DNA of 64,000 nt from Camelus ferus (Eukaryota): positions 746,001-810,000 of the forward strand of contig NC_045697.1 in assembly GCF_009834535.1 (NCBI RefSeq), read 5' to 3'. Shown piece after piece: positions 1-12,075 of the stretch (its first letter is position 1; every line of letters starts with the position of its first letter). The notes under the pieces are model-generated. The model ran no database searches. It was not told the DNA's origin and worked only from the letters and a program-made list of their open reading frames with translations. The position numbers and the translations under genes were made by a program.

Positions 1-37
1 CAGGAGAGGCCCGGGGGGGCTTCAGAAAGGAAGCCGC

Positions 38-310
38 ATGTGTGCCCCTGTGCGTGTGCTGGTGGGTGCCTGCGTGCATCCACCGTGTGTCCATGTGTTC
101 ATGTTTGCACGGGCCTCTGAGTGTGGGAGTCCACGTGTTCCTTGTCAACGTCTCTGCATGTCCACACGTCATATCTGTGCCTCACACATGTGTCCACGTG
201 ATCTGCCTGTGAGATTCCGTATGCCCGAGTGGCTCTGTCACTGTTACCTGCCACGTGCGTCCACATGTGTCCGTGTGTCTGTGTGTCCACATCCACTGGG
301 GTGCACATAG
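38..310. repeat. TG/CA-rich low-complexity tract
   Basis: Degenerate tgtg/tgtcca/cacgtg units; explains the spurious Cys/Val/His-rich ORF 38..310. Confidence 0.8.
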
Positions 311-639
311 GTCTGGGGGGCAGCAGGGGCGGGGCTGGGGTCAGGATCCCAACGGTCACCCAGACTGAGCCGACCTGAGCCCTGAGGGTCTAGACCTGCA
401 GGACTTGGTCAAGTCAGGTTAAGGCCACTTAAGGCCTGGAGCACAGGTCAGAGGGACTGTGCTCGAGTCCCCCCGTCGGGGGTGACCATGGGGCCCCTCC
501 TGGCCACCATCCAGCTGCCTCTGTCCTGGGGCTGGTACTCGGGGCCGGGTGGGGCTGGGGGCCGAGCTGCCCAAGGACTGGAAGCCAAGCACCCCTGGGC
601 CTCCCCTCCCAGCCAGCCAGGCTGCCAGAGTGTTGATGC

Positions 640-1045
640 TGCGTGAATGACTCATTGATTGCCTCGCCGGGGTTAATTAATTAATTAGGGGCGGTGGTGG
701 AGGCCAGTGGGCTGGGCCTGGGGTGGGATTCCACCACGGGGAGCTTTATTAGTACATAAAATGAGTGTTTAAAACCCACACGGCCACGAGTCCGCTGTTG
801 AGGCTTTTCATTAAACAAACCTATAAAATTACTTGCCTCATTATGTATTTTTGCGACTTCCTCTGCCTTCCGTGCTCCTGCCCCACCTGCCTCCCGCATC
901 CCGCTCTAAGTGCCTATTTGAAATCAATTTCTCTAATAACGGACTTAATGAGCTCATCAATTAGGGCTGCCATAACCAAATGCAGCCGTGCTCCGCGGTT
1001 ATCAGGTAAACTCTGGAACTAATTTCCATGCTCCATCTATCACCG
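640..1045. promoter_or_regulatory. Candidate conserved non-coding element/enhancer
   Basis: AT-rich non-repeat island in GC-rich flanks; ATGACTCAT AP-1 site at 647-655, TTAATTAATTAATTA at 673-687, many TAAT/ATTA cores. Conservation is inferred, not tested. Confidence 0.6.
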
Positions 1046-1829
1046 GGGTGCCCACGACACTTGGCTGCTGCTCCAGAACGACAGGGGACCCGGGCCCTTC
1101 CCACGGCCGAGAGGGGCAGCCCGAGAGGACAATGAGGACGAGCCGCCCACCCGGGCCGGCGCGGCTGGGCTCCAGGCGCAGCCCAGCCCGGAGCAATTAG
1201 CGGTAATGGATGACGCGCTCGGCCCAAGATAAGATGGTCGTTCCACACGGAAGAGCCCGTCACGCCTTCCTACCTCTGCAAGCGGCTTCGGCTTCCGCAG
1301 GGCTGCCCGGGCCCTCGGCCCCTCCCTGCAGTCCTGGGCTACCTCCACTGTCTGCCCCCAGCCCTGCACCCCAGCCCGGCCTCTGGCTGAGCCGGCTTCT
1401 CGCTGCTCCTTTTGCCTGGAACCACCTGGCAAAGTCTGGTCAGCCCCTGGGCCTGGCGTGGGCAGCCGGTGCGGTCACCCCAGGGCGCCCTACACCAACC
1501 TGGGATGGACCGCACTCACATGTGAGAAAACAGCAGAGCAGGTGGAGGGGGCACCAGGAGAGCGGGGAAGGTGGCAGGGGGCTGGGGCTTTGGGTGTAGG
1601 GGGGCTGGGGGATGAAATGGAGGCCAAGAGGAGCAGGATTGCTGGCTGCTCGGGGAAGGCAGGTTCTTCCTGGCCCCCCCCCTGCCTTCCCTCCTCCCCC
1701 AGCCCCTCCCGTACCCCTCCCCAACCCAGGACCAGTTTGGGGCACCCTCTGCCGAGATTGGGGGAGGTGGGGCCAGCCCCTCCTGGCGGCTCTAGGCGCC
1801 CCGTGTAGCCGCTTAGCCTGCTGCTCCTG

Positions 1830-1915
1830 GCGATTTGTCATAATCAGCCCGGCTTTTCTCATTAGCAAAAAGCCATTAACCGGCTTTATCAGCAGCAGTG
1901 AAGAATCACAGCCCT
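1830..1915. promoter_or_regulatory. Short candidate enhancer element
   Basis: AT-rich island with TGTCA (MEIS/TGIF-like), TAATCA, CATTAG, CATTAA and TTATCA motifs. Confidence 0.45.
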
Positions 1916-4900
1916 GCGCACCTCCTCCGGCCGCCCTCGGGGTTGCCCCCACTCACCCATCGTCGAGTCCCCAGCGGTAGAGCAGGTAACAACCTGGCCA
2001 ACCAGTGTGACCTGGCGCGGAGTGGGGAAGCGGCTCAAATCCTTGAACCCTCTGCCCCAGCCCTGTCTGTCCCCAGCTTTCCTGCCCTGGGCACACCCAG
2101 GCCCAGAACTTGGGGTGAATTGATCTGGGGTCCCAGGAAACAGCCCCAGACTCACTGAGCTGCCCAGAAAGGGACAGTCCTGTGGGCCCCAGCCCTGTGA
2201 AGTCCCTCCCACAGCTCAGGGGACAAGGATTTGAGGGCACCCGTGATGTGCAGGAGGTGGCATGAACAGGTCAAGAAGTCCAAATGCCTCACTTGTCCAA
2301 GGTGACAAGGACTGGCGTGGACAAGAAGCACAGGGGGATGGCCACACAAGAAGAATGGTCCCTGCCTGGCTTGGGGCTGGGGTGGGGCCAGCAGGGACTC
2401 TGCGCAGAGGGTCATGACCCAGGAGACAGGTGACAGTGGGGGAGGGTGACACTGTGGAGCCCACAGGCGTGTGGGGGCACCCCAGGCCAGGTCTGGGGCA
2501 CCTGGAGGTGAAGAGGTCGGGAAGAGGAGGAAAGAGACGGCGGGGTGGGGGAGAGGACATTGGAGGAGCATTTGCAGGAGGAGGGAGAGGTCCGGTGCGC
2601 CAAACGACCCTGAGACGACCCCGTGTTGGGGTGTAATTTGGGGCTGAAGGCTGATTTGCCCAGTGAGCTTTAGCAATGTGGAAGCCAAACCACCCCCTGG
2701 AAGAGTGGGGGCTGGAGGGGCTGGGGGCAGGAGGGTGGCCGCAGCGGGGACAAGGTATGGCTTTGGAAGATGGAGAGGGACCAGCCCAGCTGTGCTGACC
2801 AGAAGCTGGGGAGGCGGTGATGACAGAACCAAGAGGGGACTCTGTGGGTCCCATGGCCTGGGGAGGCCAGAGGGCAGGACCGGACCCATGGATCCTGCAG
2901 ACGCAGCCAGCAGGGCTGAGCTGGGCCCCTCAGACTCTCCACCTGCCCCTCAGCTTCCCAGTGAGCCAGCCTGCCTGTGGACAAAGACCCCTCCCCACCC
3001 CAGCTCCACACCCTCCTGCAGTCCTGTCCCCTCCACCACCCACAATAGCTGGGCCAGAGTCAGGGGTCATGTGGCTCAAGGCCTCTGGAGTCCCTGGGGA
3101 CCATGGTCTCACTCAACAGGTCCTATATGGCAGTCATCCTTGGCTGTTCTCTGGCCCTGTCTCAGGCCTGGTGGTGGACATCCAGGAGCAGGTTGGAGCC
3201 ATCAGAACATCCTTTCCTCCACCTTCGTGACCCCGGGCAAAGGTGGGCCGTCCAAAGTCCTGCCCCTTGGAGTCTCCAAGACCTGGCAGCTCACCGCTCA
3301 CTTGCTCAGAAATAGCTACATTAATGCCAGGTGGGAACACGCCCACTCAGGGGACGCTGCTCCTGCAGACTGTCACCTGTTTCAGGAAAGGAGGGGGCAG
3401 ATGCCCCTGAGTGGGTGAGGGTCCCAGCCTGGACTGGATTCCTGGCATGGCCCTGCAGAAGACCTGCAGAGTACCTTGGCCACAAATCAACACCTACAAA
3501 CCGGATTTGCTGTGACTCACCCAGTGACCCCTTGGCCAGATGTTGACCAAAACCCTGGTGTAGGAATGTTGTTCTCGGTGTCCTCGGAGATGGCTGAGAC
3601 CACCTTCGGACTGTGCACAAGCCTGGGCAAGGCTAAACCGTGGACCTGGATGCACCCCGCAGCGGTCAGAAGCCCTGCCTGTTACCCACGAAGGCCCAGG
3701 TGGGGAAGGCAGAGCGCAGCATTCTACGGTGCAGAGAAGTGCGAGCCAAGTCACACGCGGGCCAACACCCAGCAGCTCATCCCTGGTGAGTGCAGCCGAG
3801 GCGCCTGGGGGCCTACAGTCCCGAGCACCGGGCAGGACTTCAGACCCAGAAAAATGACCCTTCTGGCCCCGGGGCTGGAGAGAGAGGGAGCTTCATGTGC
3901 AGAGGAGGAGCACCTGCAGAAGGCAAGGGTGAGTCTGGGCAGCAGGTGCAGCTGCTGCCTGTCCTGGGGACAGCTGGGGACAGCTGGGGACAGCTAGGGG
4001 ACAGGATGGCACTTCGAATTTCTCCCAGGGGTTGAGAGAAGATGGGTTACTCTACTGGTGCTGGGGCCACAAACTCTATCAGACCCCATTCCCAGACAAC
4101 TGGGCAGGAGTGGGGACAGTTCAGGTGGAGGATCAGGAGGAGCTCACTGCAGAGTCTCAGCCCGCACACGTCCCTGAGTGCCCCTCCCCTGCGCAGGGTG
4201 AGGTCGTGGCCTAGACTGCCCGAGTCCACACTGCAGCTGAGCCCTCCTTGCCTTTGCTTCCCTGATTGTGGAAAGAGGGTGGTGGAGACTTCAGGGCTGT
4301 GAGGGCCACACAAGATGGCATACAAACAGCTCCAAGAGCCACACATGGTGCAGAGTGAAGCTAAGTAAGTGTTAGAGCCACCGGTGCCACTGCCGGTGCT
4401 GCCGGGAACGGTGACGATGACGTGGTGGGGGGGGCACAGGGAGAGGCTGCCCAGCCCATTTACTCCCCTGGATTAGAGGTGAGGGGAAGGCTGGGTGAGT
4501 CTGTGGGTGGAAAGGCTGCCCTGGGCTGTGCTCAGAGGGAACCTGCAGGTTGGGAAGCCTCAGGGCAGAGGGGCGAGGCTTCAGGCCAGGATCGGGGAAC
4601 CAGAGCTTTGGTCCACTCTCCTGGGCTGTAGGGAAGGCTGGGAGTAAGTCAGCCCTCCTGTGTGATGTGAAGTCAGGGTCACCTCCCTGAGCAGGGGTCT
4701 AGGCCAAGGGTCCCTCCAGCCAAGCTTCCCTGGGGCCACCCACACATGGTCCAGACTCAGGAGCTGGCTTCAGCCTCAGCCCAACTCCCTTCCTGACCCG
4801 TGTTCTGTGTGGCCCCGCTGGCCCTGCTCCACTCTGACCCCAAGTCCTTGCCTTCGCAGCACCGCCACCCCCACCCTGGGCAGGCCAGCCGGCAGGAGGG

Positions 4901-5599
4901 GCTACTGCCCCCACAGAGAGGGGCCCTGGGGATGCAGGAAGAAGGGAGGCGGGGTCCCGGGGCTGGGTGGGTGGGAGTGAGGCTGACCCCCAACATGGAG
5001 GATGTTCAGGGGTGCAGCCACACAGTATGGCAGCAGGAAGTATTGGGGTGACTGGGGAGGGCGGGGAGGGTGCTGCTCCTCCTTGGCCCTGCAGCCTGAG
5101 CCAGCCCAGGCTCTGCCCCCTCACTCAGGCTGAACTGACCCAAACCTTCCCTGGGCATCTGCTCCAACTTTGCTGGGACCACAGATCAAGCCAGATTTGG
5201 GGTTTGGAGAAGCCCCTGATGACAAGGTGGGGCTTGGCTAATTACCCTCCCCAAGCCCAAGGCACACCTCCTAGATGTCTGAGGGCCAGTCTGGGGTGCA
5301 TCACCCCTCAGTCTCCTCTGACCCTCCCTCCGCGTGCAGGTGTAACGCACGCCCCAAAGCCGTGGGCTCCGGGGAGAAGTGGAAGACACCCCTTCCCAGC
5401 AGGGCGGCCTTGGGCAGCTTGGGCAGGCCCGGGGCTCATGGCCTCGCCCACCCGGTCCTCCTGGCAGTCAGAGGCAAGCCCCAGTGGCCACAGGGCTGCT
5501 GGCCAGGGGAGGCGGGCTCCGGGGCGCCGTGATGTTCCAGGCAGAGCGGCAGCCGGCAGGGACAGGGTTAAGAGCATGCCTCCCAGCCTCCCTCCCCTT

Positions 5600-5780
5600 T
5601 CCCTTGAAATGGCTCCCTGGTTCCAGAATGACTCCCTTCCCCTCTTAATCTGTATTTTACGAGTGAGAAGCTTTGCATTATGCAAATCGTTAGATAGGAA
5701 CAGGTGACATTTCAGCAAAGAACATGAGCAGTGCGGGCCAGCCGGGCGGGCTGCTGAATTAGACATTAGTATTTGTCACC
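5600..5780. promoter_or_regulatory. Candidate enhancer with palindromic POU/octamer site
   Basis: TTTGCAT-T-ATGCAAAT at 5672-5687 contains the canonical octamer ATGCAAAT; also TTAATC, AGATAG, TGACA and AATTAG. Confidence 0.55.
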
Positions 5781-5912
5781 AGGGCAGCGGGGGGCAGGAG
5801 GGGGGCTTGACTGTTCACACCTTAAGGTGGAAGTCTCTGGGGCGGGTGGCTGCAGCTGGCCCCCCCCCCCCAGGCTCTGCTCAGGCAGCCCAGGGGCAGG
5901 GCCAGCCTGGCT

Positions 5913-6000
5913 CCACTTACAGGTGAGGAAACCAAGGCACAGACAGGCGAGTGAACCAGTCCAGGGACGTCCAGCTGGAGATGTGCTGGATTCAAGCCAC
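5913..6000 (-). mobile_element. MIR SINE core fragment
   Basis: ttacaggtgaggaaaccaaggcacagacagg resembles the reverse MIR core ttacagatgaggaaactgaggcacagagagg. Confidence 0.65.
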
Positions 6001-6597
6001 CGGGTGGTCAGGGGCCCAGGTCTTTGGACCCCTCCCCACTGTGCCCAGACTGGCCACCAGTGTCCCGAGGTCCATCTGGTCCTCCACGACTTGGGTGCCC
6101 TGGACGTCGCAGGGCTGCTCCTCAGCACCACTCACCTGGGCCCTGGCACCCATGGCCACCCCAGGGCTGCACCGCCATCCTGTGGACCTCCCTCCAGCTC
6201 CACCTCAGCCCAAAGAGCCCCCAGACACCCCCCCAACCACCCCCACCCGACCCTCCAGCACAGAGGGTGCTCTCCCGGCCCCTCCGGAGCAAGGAGCAGG
6301 TGTGTGCTGCGGCCATCTGTCATCCCACTGTCAGCCCCGCACAATCCGTTTCTCTGGAAGTTGTTTGAGAGGAAACGGGCAGAAAGAGAAGTGAGGGGCC
6401 ACTGCACTTCACAGGGGAACCCCATCCTTGTCCTTCAATTTTCTAGCTGCCTTCCAGTGCTCGCCACCGTCTCCTCCACTCCCCGAGCCCCAGCTCCGGC
6501 GGGAACTGGAAACTGAAATGCCGGTGGGGCCCCAGAGACCTGCCCTCGGGGGCTGGTGGCTGTGGACATCTGGATGGAATGGTGCTCCTGGGCACAG

Positions 6598-6647
6598 GGC
6601 CTGGCTGCGGGGGCTGCGGGCCTGGCTGCGGGGGCTGCAGGCCTGGC
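6598..6647. repeat. 21-bp tandem duplication
   Basis: ggcctggctgcgggggctgc(g/a) x2 plus a partial third copy. Confidence 0.85.
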
Positions 6648-7719
6648 CAGCCAGTTGGCCTGGGAGGCTTTGCTGGCCAGGCCCCTGGAGGCGGGTCCAA
6701 GGCAGGCACTGTGCAGGGGCAGCCAAGCATCTCGGGCCCCAGAGGCTTGTGGGCCTCTGGCCAGAGTTGCACTCTGGGCCTATCGGCCCCTCGGGCCCGA
6801 GGCGTAGTTTGCAGGACCAGGATGCGGGGTGGTCCAGGGTCTCTACTCAGCCCCCTGCAGAACCTGGGCTCTGCCCCTAGGTGCCCAGAGGAGATTTGGC
6901 TGGGGTCATTAATGGGCCCCGTCCCTGCGCAGCCCCACTGAGGAGTGCGGACCACCGGCATTCCCGCTGAGAAAGCTTTGAACCCATGGCCGGGATGACC
7001 CCATGACCTCGAAGGCCTTGCAGCTCACACAGACTCTAAAACACAAGATGAAGGGAGGCTGGGTCCAGGGTCTGGACAGCAGCCTCCATGCAATCCCAGC
7101 TGAGTGTGACAGTCCCTCCTCTGACTTTGGGGGTGCGGCTTGCAATGGGGCAGTACTTGGTGGCTCTGGAGAGGGCCTCTGGTGGGAAGGGAAGGGCATG
7201 CAGGTGGACAGAGGTGGGAGGGGAGCCACTGCATCCTGGGGGTGAGCCTTACCCTCAGGACCCCCGCCCCCCCCCCCGGCGCCCTGGAGGATAATGCCTA
7301 GCAGTGCAGCAGTGCTGGGGACACGCTGCCTCAGGGAGACTTCTGGGTCTGAAGATGAGGTGGAAAGCTCTCACAAGAAGCTCTCCATGAAGAACAGAGG
7401 ACCAAGGGCCCAGAGGAGACTCCACAGCGGCCCCTGTCCCCAGAGGCCTCCCCTGAGCAGCTTGCTGCAGTGGGAGCTCCTGGGTGCATCCAGCTTCTGG
7501 TGCCTGTGGGACCCTCTGCAGGGACACACGCCTGGCCTGTGACTGGAGGGCCTTTAGTGGGAGAGAGCTGGTCTGATGCCCACTGCACAGGGCTCCTGCC
7601 TAGGCCCTGAGATGTGGTCAATCCGCACATGCCCCAGGGTTTACCCACCAGTCACTCAGCAAACACTGTGAGCCCAGGCAGCCGCACCAGGGGAACAAGG
7701 CCAGTGGGTCTGCCCACTA

Positions 7720-8720
7720 GGGGTCAGCGCCTGCCGCAGGCCCCCGCCATGCAGTCAGGGCCACGATCAGAGCCAGAGCCGGAGAGCGCCCAGCACCAGC
7801 CACCTCCCCACCTCCCCAGCGGTCTACTCCCTCGTGTGCGCCGCGTCCGCGGGTCCCGGAGCCCCTTCTCCGTTCCAGGCCCCAGACAGGAGTAACGCCT
7901 CCCGCCCCTTCTCCGGACATTCTGTCTCGGAGGGCGGGGGGGGGGGGGGGGGAGTGCGCCGCTCCCGGTGTGGGTGGGGCAGCCTGTGCGCGGCGCAAGA
8001 CGAAAAGGGCGGGGCTGGGCGGGGCCGAGGGAAGGGGGTGGCCACCTTAGAGAGGCCCGAGGAACGAGATCTGCGAGGCTGTGGGGCGCGAGGGCTGCCC
8101 TAACGCCTGTGCGAGGCCCGCCGCCGGCCCCCAGCCTGAGCGCGGCGGGACCGGCCGGGATGTCGTGGACAGGGCTGCGGGCGTGCAGGCGTCCGTGCAG
8201 TGGAGGCAGGGACAGGTCACGGGGAGAGGGAGGGTCCTCATGGAGGGCCTCCCGGTTCTGCAGGTATGGGTGCAGTGGGGGAGGGGAGGCCGAAGGTGAG
8301 CCCTTCTGTGTCCGTCCTGGGCGGGAACCCCACCCATTACCTCCAGGCTGTCCCGGGAGAATACTGTGGTTCCCACACCTTCCCAGGCCTGATGCCAACT
8401 GGGACAGAGGGAGGGGGGCTGCCCCGCAGTCTGCTGCCTCAGTGGACCTGCTCCTACGTCGCTCCAAGCCATCCTTGGGGTCGGGCAGGCGAGAGGGGGG
8501 CACCCCGCCAGCTCTCCACCTCTCGTTCTCCCACATGCGCTGGGGGCACCACCCCGCGAGGCCCGCGCCTTCATCAGCCCTCTCCCTCAGGCTGTGAGGT
8601 CGGAGGCTCTGGCCACTCCCCACGCCCCTGGGTCCCCCGCAACCCGAGCCTCCTGCCCACGCGGCCCCTCGTCCCTCGGGCGAAGGACAGATGTCTGTCC
8701 TGCACCTCCGCTGGAGGAGC
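7720..8720. promoter_or_regulatory. CpG island (orphan promoter/enhancer-like)
   Basis: Dense CpG, especially 7830-8200; GC-box GGGCGGGG near 8007; long G run near 7936-7953; no adjacent supportable exon. Confidence 0.65.
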
Positions 8721-8734
8721 ACCCGGCGATGCAG

Positions 8735-9010
8735 TGACATTTAAGATGAAAAGGCGAGGACTGTTGCTGCTATAACAGCGAGAGTAGGGTCTGCAATTAG
8801 CATGAGAAAAGGAAAGGGGGTGGCCTCTCTCTTATCACTCAGGGAGCCCTCCAGAGCGGCTGCGACCCTCCTGAAGCGCCGTCCCATTGTCCGTTGTCAA
8901 TAATCACTTACTTCCAGGCTCATAAATGTCATTCTTGGGGTGCCCATAAACAGCCCCGTTCTCTTTTAAATTAGCAAGTAGAGATATTTATGGGTTTCTA
9001 TGAAGGGTGA
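8735..9010. promoter_or_regulatory. Candidate conserved element on the CpG-island shore
   Basis: AT-richer non-repeat block with CTTATCA (8831-8837), SOX-like CATTGT (8885-8890), CATAAA x2 (posterior HOX/CDX-like), CAATTAG and AAATTAG. Confidence 0.5.
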
Positions 9011-9484
9011 CGGGTGGGGGAGTCGCGGGAGGAGATTGCTGTGCCCTAGGCCGGCGCCTTAGGGAGCCCAGATAAGGCAGAGGCTGGAGGGGGGAGCCTG
9101 CAGGCGCTCCAGCCACCCCTCAGACCAGACACCCCAGACTCCTGCGGGTCAGCCTAGGCTGGGGGAGCCTGCCTCCGGGGGTGAGATTTCAACATGCAGG
9201 GTCCCCAGCACCAGAGGAGAGGTCAAAGTGCCACTCACTCCTGGGAGCCAGGAGGCCCCATCCGTAGACGCTCTCCCTCAGGCCTCAGGGCAGGCGGTGG
9301 GAGTGGAGGTGACCCCACGTGGACTCAGGCGGGCTCCGAATAGGGGCGGGGGTCACAGCACACTCACTTGAGCCCTCCACAAGCTGGAAGGCTGCCCCGA
9401 TGCCCCCCAGACTCCCCCCTGCCCCCCCACGCTGCTCACTGCCCCGCCCCAGCAGCCGCTCCACACTGGAGCCAGAGACTTTCT

Positions 9485-9730
9485 CACACATTTGATTTGG
9501 AGCAATTTTAGATTTAGAGAAAAGTCCCAAAAGTGGTATAGAGAGTCCCGTACCCCCCACCCAACTTCCCCCCCACCTTTCACCTTCATTACGGGCACAT
9601 TTGTCACAACTAAGAACCCCACATCGGCAGCTTACCCTCACCTAAACCCTAGACTTGATTCAGGTTTCCCGTGTCCCGACCCATGTCCTTTTCCTGGCCC
9701 AGGCCCCCCAGACCCCCTCCAAGACCCCAC
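9485..9730 (-). mobile_element. Ancient L1M (L1MC/MD-like) 3' UTR fragment
   Basis: ttttagatttagagaaaag...gtatagagagtcccgtaccccccacccaacttcccc...catttgtcacaactaagaac matches the remembered antisense old-L1 3' end. Confidence 0.6.
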
Positions 9731-9760
9731 TCTGACTCCTGGGCCCCTAGTCTCTCTTCT

Positions 9761-9826
9761 GGCCTGGGCAGCTTGGGGACGCCCGTGTCCTCAGGCCTTG
9801 GCAGCTTGGGGACAGCCATGCCCTCA
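9761..9826. repeat. 33-bp imperfect tandem duplication
   Basis: ggcctgggcagcttggggacgcccgtgtcctca followed by ggccttggcagcttggggacagccatgccctca. Confidence 0.8.
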
Positions 9827-11459
9827 GGACCTCAGTCTGGGCTGGGCTGATGCTCCTGTCACCATCGCCTCGGGCAGAGCAGACGGGCGGTCACGTGCCC
9901 CCTTGTCACTCCTCCCAGAGGTAGTGGCTCTGCTGGGTCCCCCCGGGGGCAGTGACCGCTTCCCCCTCAGGGCCCTGAGTCTGGACTGGTCACTAAGTAC
10001 AGCCCCCACTCAGGGGGTTTAAGCTCCTCCTCCTGGGGGAGTGTCCAGTACATTTCAGAGACAGCCCACCAGTGCCCCCACCCACACCCTGAGGCCTCAG
10101 CACCATCTCCCTGAACCCATTCCCCACCATCCCCGGCCTCTGCTGACCACCACTCCACTCCTGAGTCCTGCCTGCCACCCATCCCAGGCCCTTCTGCTCT
10201 CTTGCCGGCATCCGCCCTTGTGGAGTGGTAGGGACTGTCACTGTCACACTGGCCCCCACACCAGGCTCTGGGCCACCCAGAGAAGGCATTACTGTTAGTC
10301 CATGTGCACATGTGCTGGCCCTGTGGGAAGCCATCCATCTCTCAAGACAGCCCTGCGGGGAGCAGAAAGTGTGGAGGGCAGAGACCACGGGTCTGGTAAG
10401 TGGGGAGGGGACCAGAGACAGGCAGGGTGGACGGATGGTGGTCAGGACAGAGGCCCAGGGCAGCTGAGCAGGACCGCACGTGCCAGCTCCCAGCCCAGAG
10501 CACGCCGGGTGGGGCCCGGGAAGAGGATGCCCGCAGGCTCGGGCTGCCTGGCCCTTTGGCCACAAGGAGAGTCCATCCTTCCTCCCGCCCGCGGTCTCAC
10601 AGATGTGGCGTGAGGAGTTACAGACGTATGATTTGGACAAACACAGATGGATTACATGGATTACACCACACACCAAGGTGTCCACGGGGGCTCTGATAAG
10701 ATGGCCTCAGCCTGGATTCTGCTTGTGTAAGTGCAGGCGAGAACAGTCACCTCTCTCCGGCCAGGCCCATCCACCCCAGCAGGAGGGACGGTGCACAGGG
10801 ACCTCTCGGCAGCCGCTGCACACCCTGGCCCCACCCAGAGGAGCAAGTCCCCAGCCCTGCTGGGAACAGGGACACAGCAGTCACCTGGCTGGTCTGGCCA
10901 TCTCCCTCAGGGGAAAGACGACTGGAGTGCGGCGTGGACTCTCGTCTGTGTCTGGGCCAGCAACACTGTCACTGGTGGGCCTCGCCCGCAGCCAAGGGGA
11001 GAAGGGAACAGCCATGTCCAGGGGTGGGGTCCCAAGGGCAGCTGTGGGTGCAGGTTGTGGGGAGCTGCGGGCCTGTGCAGTGTCCGCTCCAAGTGCGTGG
11101 GAGGTGATCAGATGCTGGGATCTCACCCGTTCCCCGCAAGAGCCAGAGGACATTAAGCCTATGCACGCAATCTCCTGTCCCCGCCCAGGAAGGGGCTTGG
11201 CACCCTTGGGTCCTAAATGAACCATCTCCCTCCCAGCCAGAATGCACTATGGGGGGCTGGGGCCCTGAGGGTGGGCTGGGAGAGAGGGGCTGGCAGTGCA
11301 GCTGGCCACCCTGCGGCCCCAGGCAGAAGGGGCCTGGCCCACCTGCAGCTGCCCCACGAGTGGGATCGTGTCCGCAGGTTTGAGCTGCTGGGGGCCTGGG
11401 CTACGGCCTCCCTCCAGGCAACAGCCACAGCAGCCCTGCCGGGCGGCTCCCCGCTCCCG

Positions 11460-12075
11460 CATCCAAGATTCCACCTTAAATGGTTTGATCAGCCCGTGCA
11501 CCGGTGAGCGCATGCTAATACCGGCCCCAATAAAGAGCAAATCAGGACCCAAGTCGACTGGTCTTATCACACAGTCAGAACTGATGGCTGCAGAAGCCAT
11601 AAAGATCCCATTTAATCTCGCGTCTATCTATCACCGCGGACGTCTTCACCCTCTTTGTGCCGGGGTAATATGTGCTCATTACGAAAGCAAAACAGATCTG
11701 GCATGAATAAACGCAGGATGAAGTGCTCACTCGGAGTGACAGCATGATCAGTGGCGGCAGTAATCGGGGAGAATCGAGGGCTAAATTATTCCATAGCTGT
11801 GATTCGAGGGGACAGCCCGGAGCACCCCACAGCTGCCGGCGGCGGCGGCGGTGACGTGTCCTGATAAAACATCCTTCCCAATTTACGGGACCGCGCTTGA
11901 GCAGTCTGCCGCGGCGTGCGTGCGCGCTGTCTAATCATGCCATCAGCGCGGCGAGAAGGGGCTCAACTGGGACGCAAATGAAAGGAGATTGGAAAACTGC
12001 CCTCAATTGAAATTACATTTGTAAATGAGGCAGAGTTTTCTGTTCAGAGTGTGAACGTCAGGGCAAATCTGCCTG
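11460..12075. promoter_or_regulatory. Large candidate conserved non-coding element (~600 bp)
   Basis: Non-repeat block of mixed composition with CpGs; CCAATAAA (11527-11534), CTTATCA (11563-11569), CTATCTATCA (11624-11633), TGATAA (11862-11867) and several TAAT cores. Confidence 0.65.

Noticed and set aside
3964..4004. (CTGGGGACAG)x3-4 repeat
   Set aside because: Ordinary short tandem repeat with no spacers; not CRISPR-like.
7724..8740. Longest ORF (338 aa, minus strand) and the many other 200-320 aa ORFs
   Set aside because: Pro/Gly/Arg/Ala-rich, overlapping in several frames, with no recognisable domain or splice structure; expected from stop-codon scarcity in GC-rich DNA.
1035..11636. 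Shared 11-mer ATCTATCACCG at 1035-1045 and 11626-11636
   Set aside because: Many 11-mer matches are expected by chance in 64 kb, and the homology does not extend.
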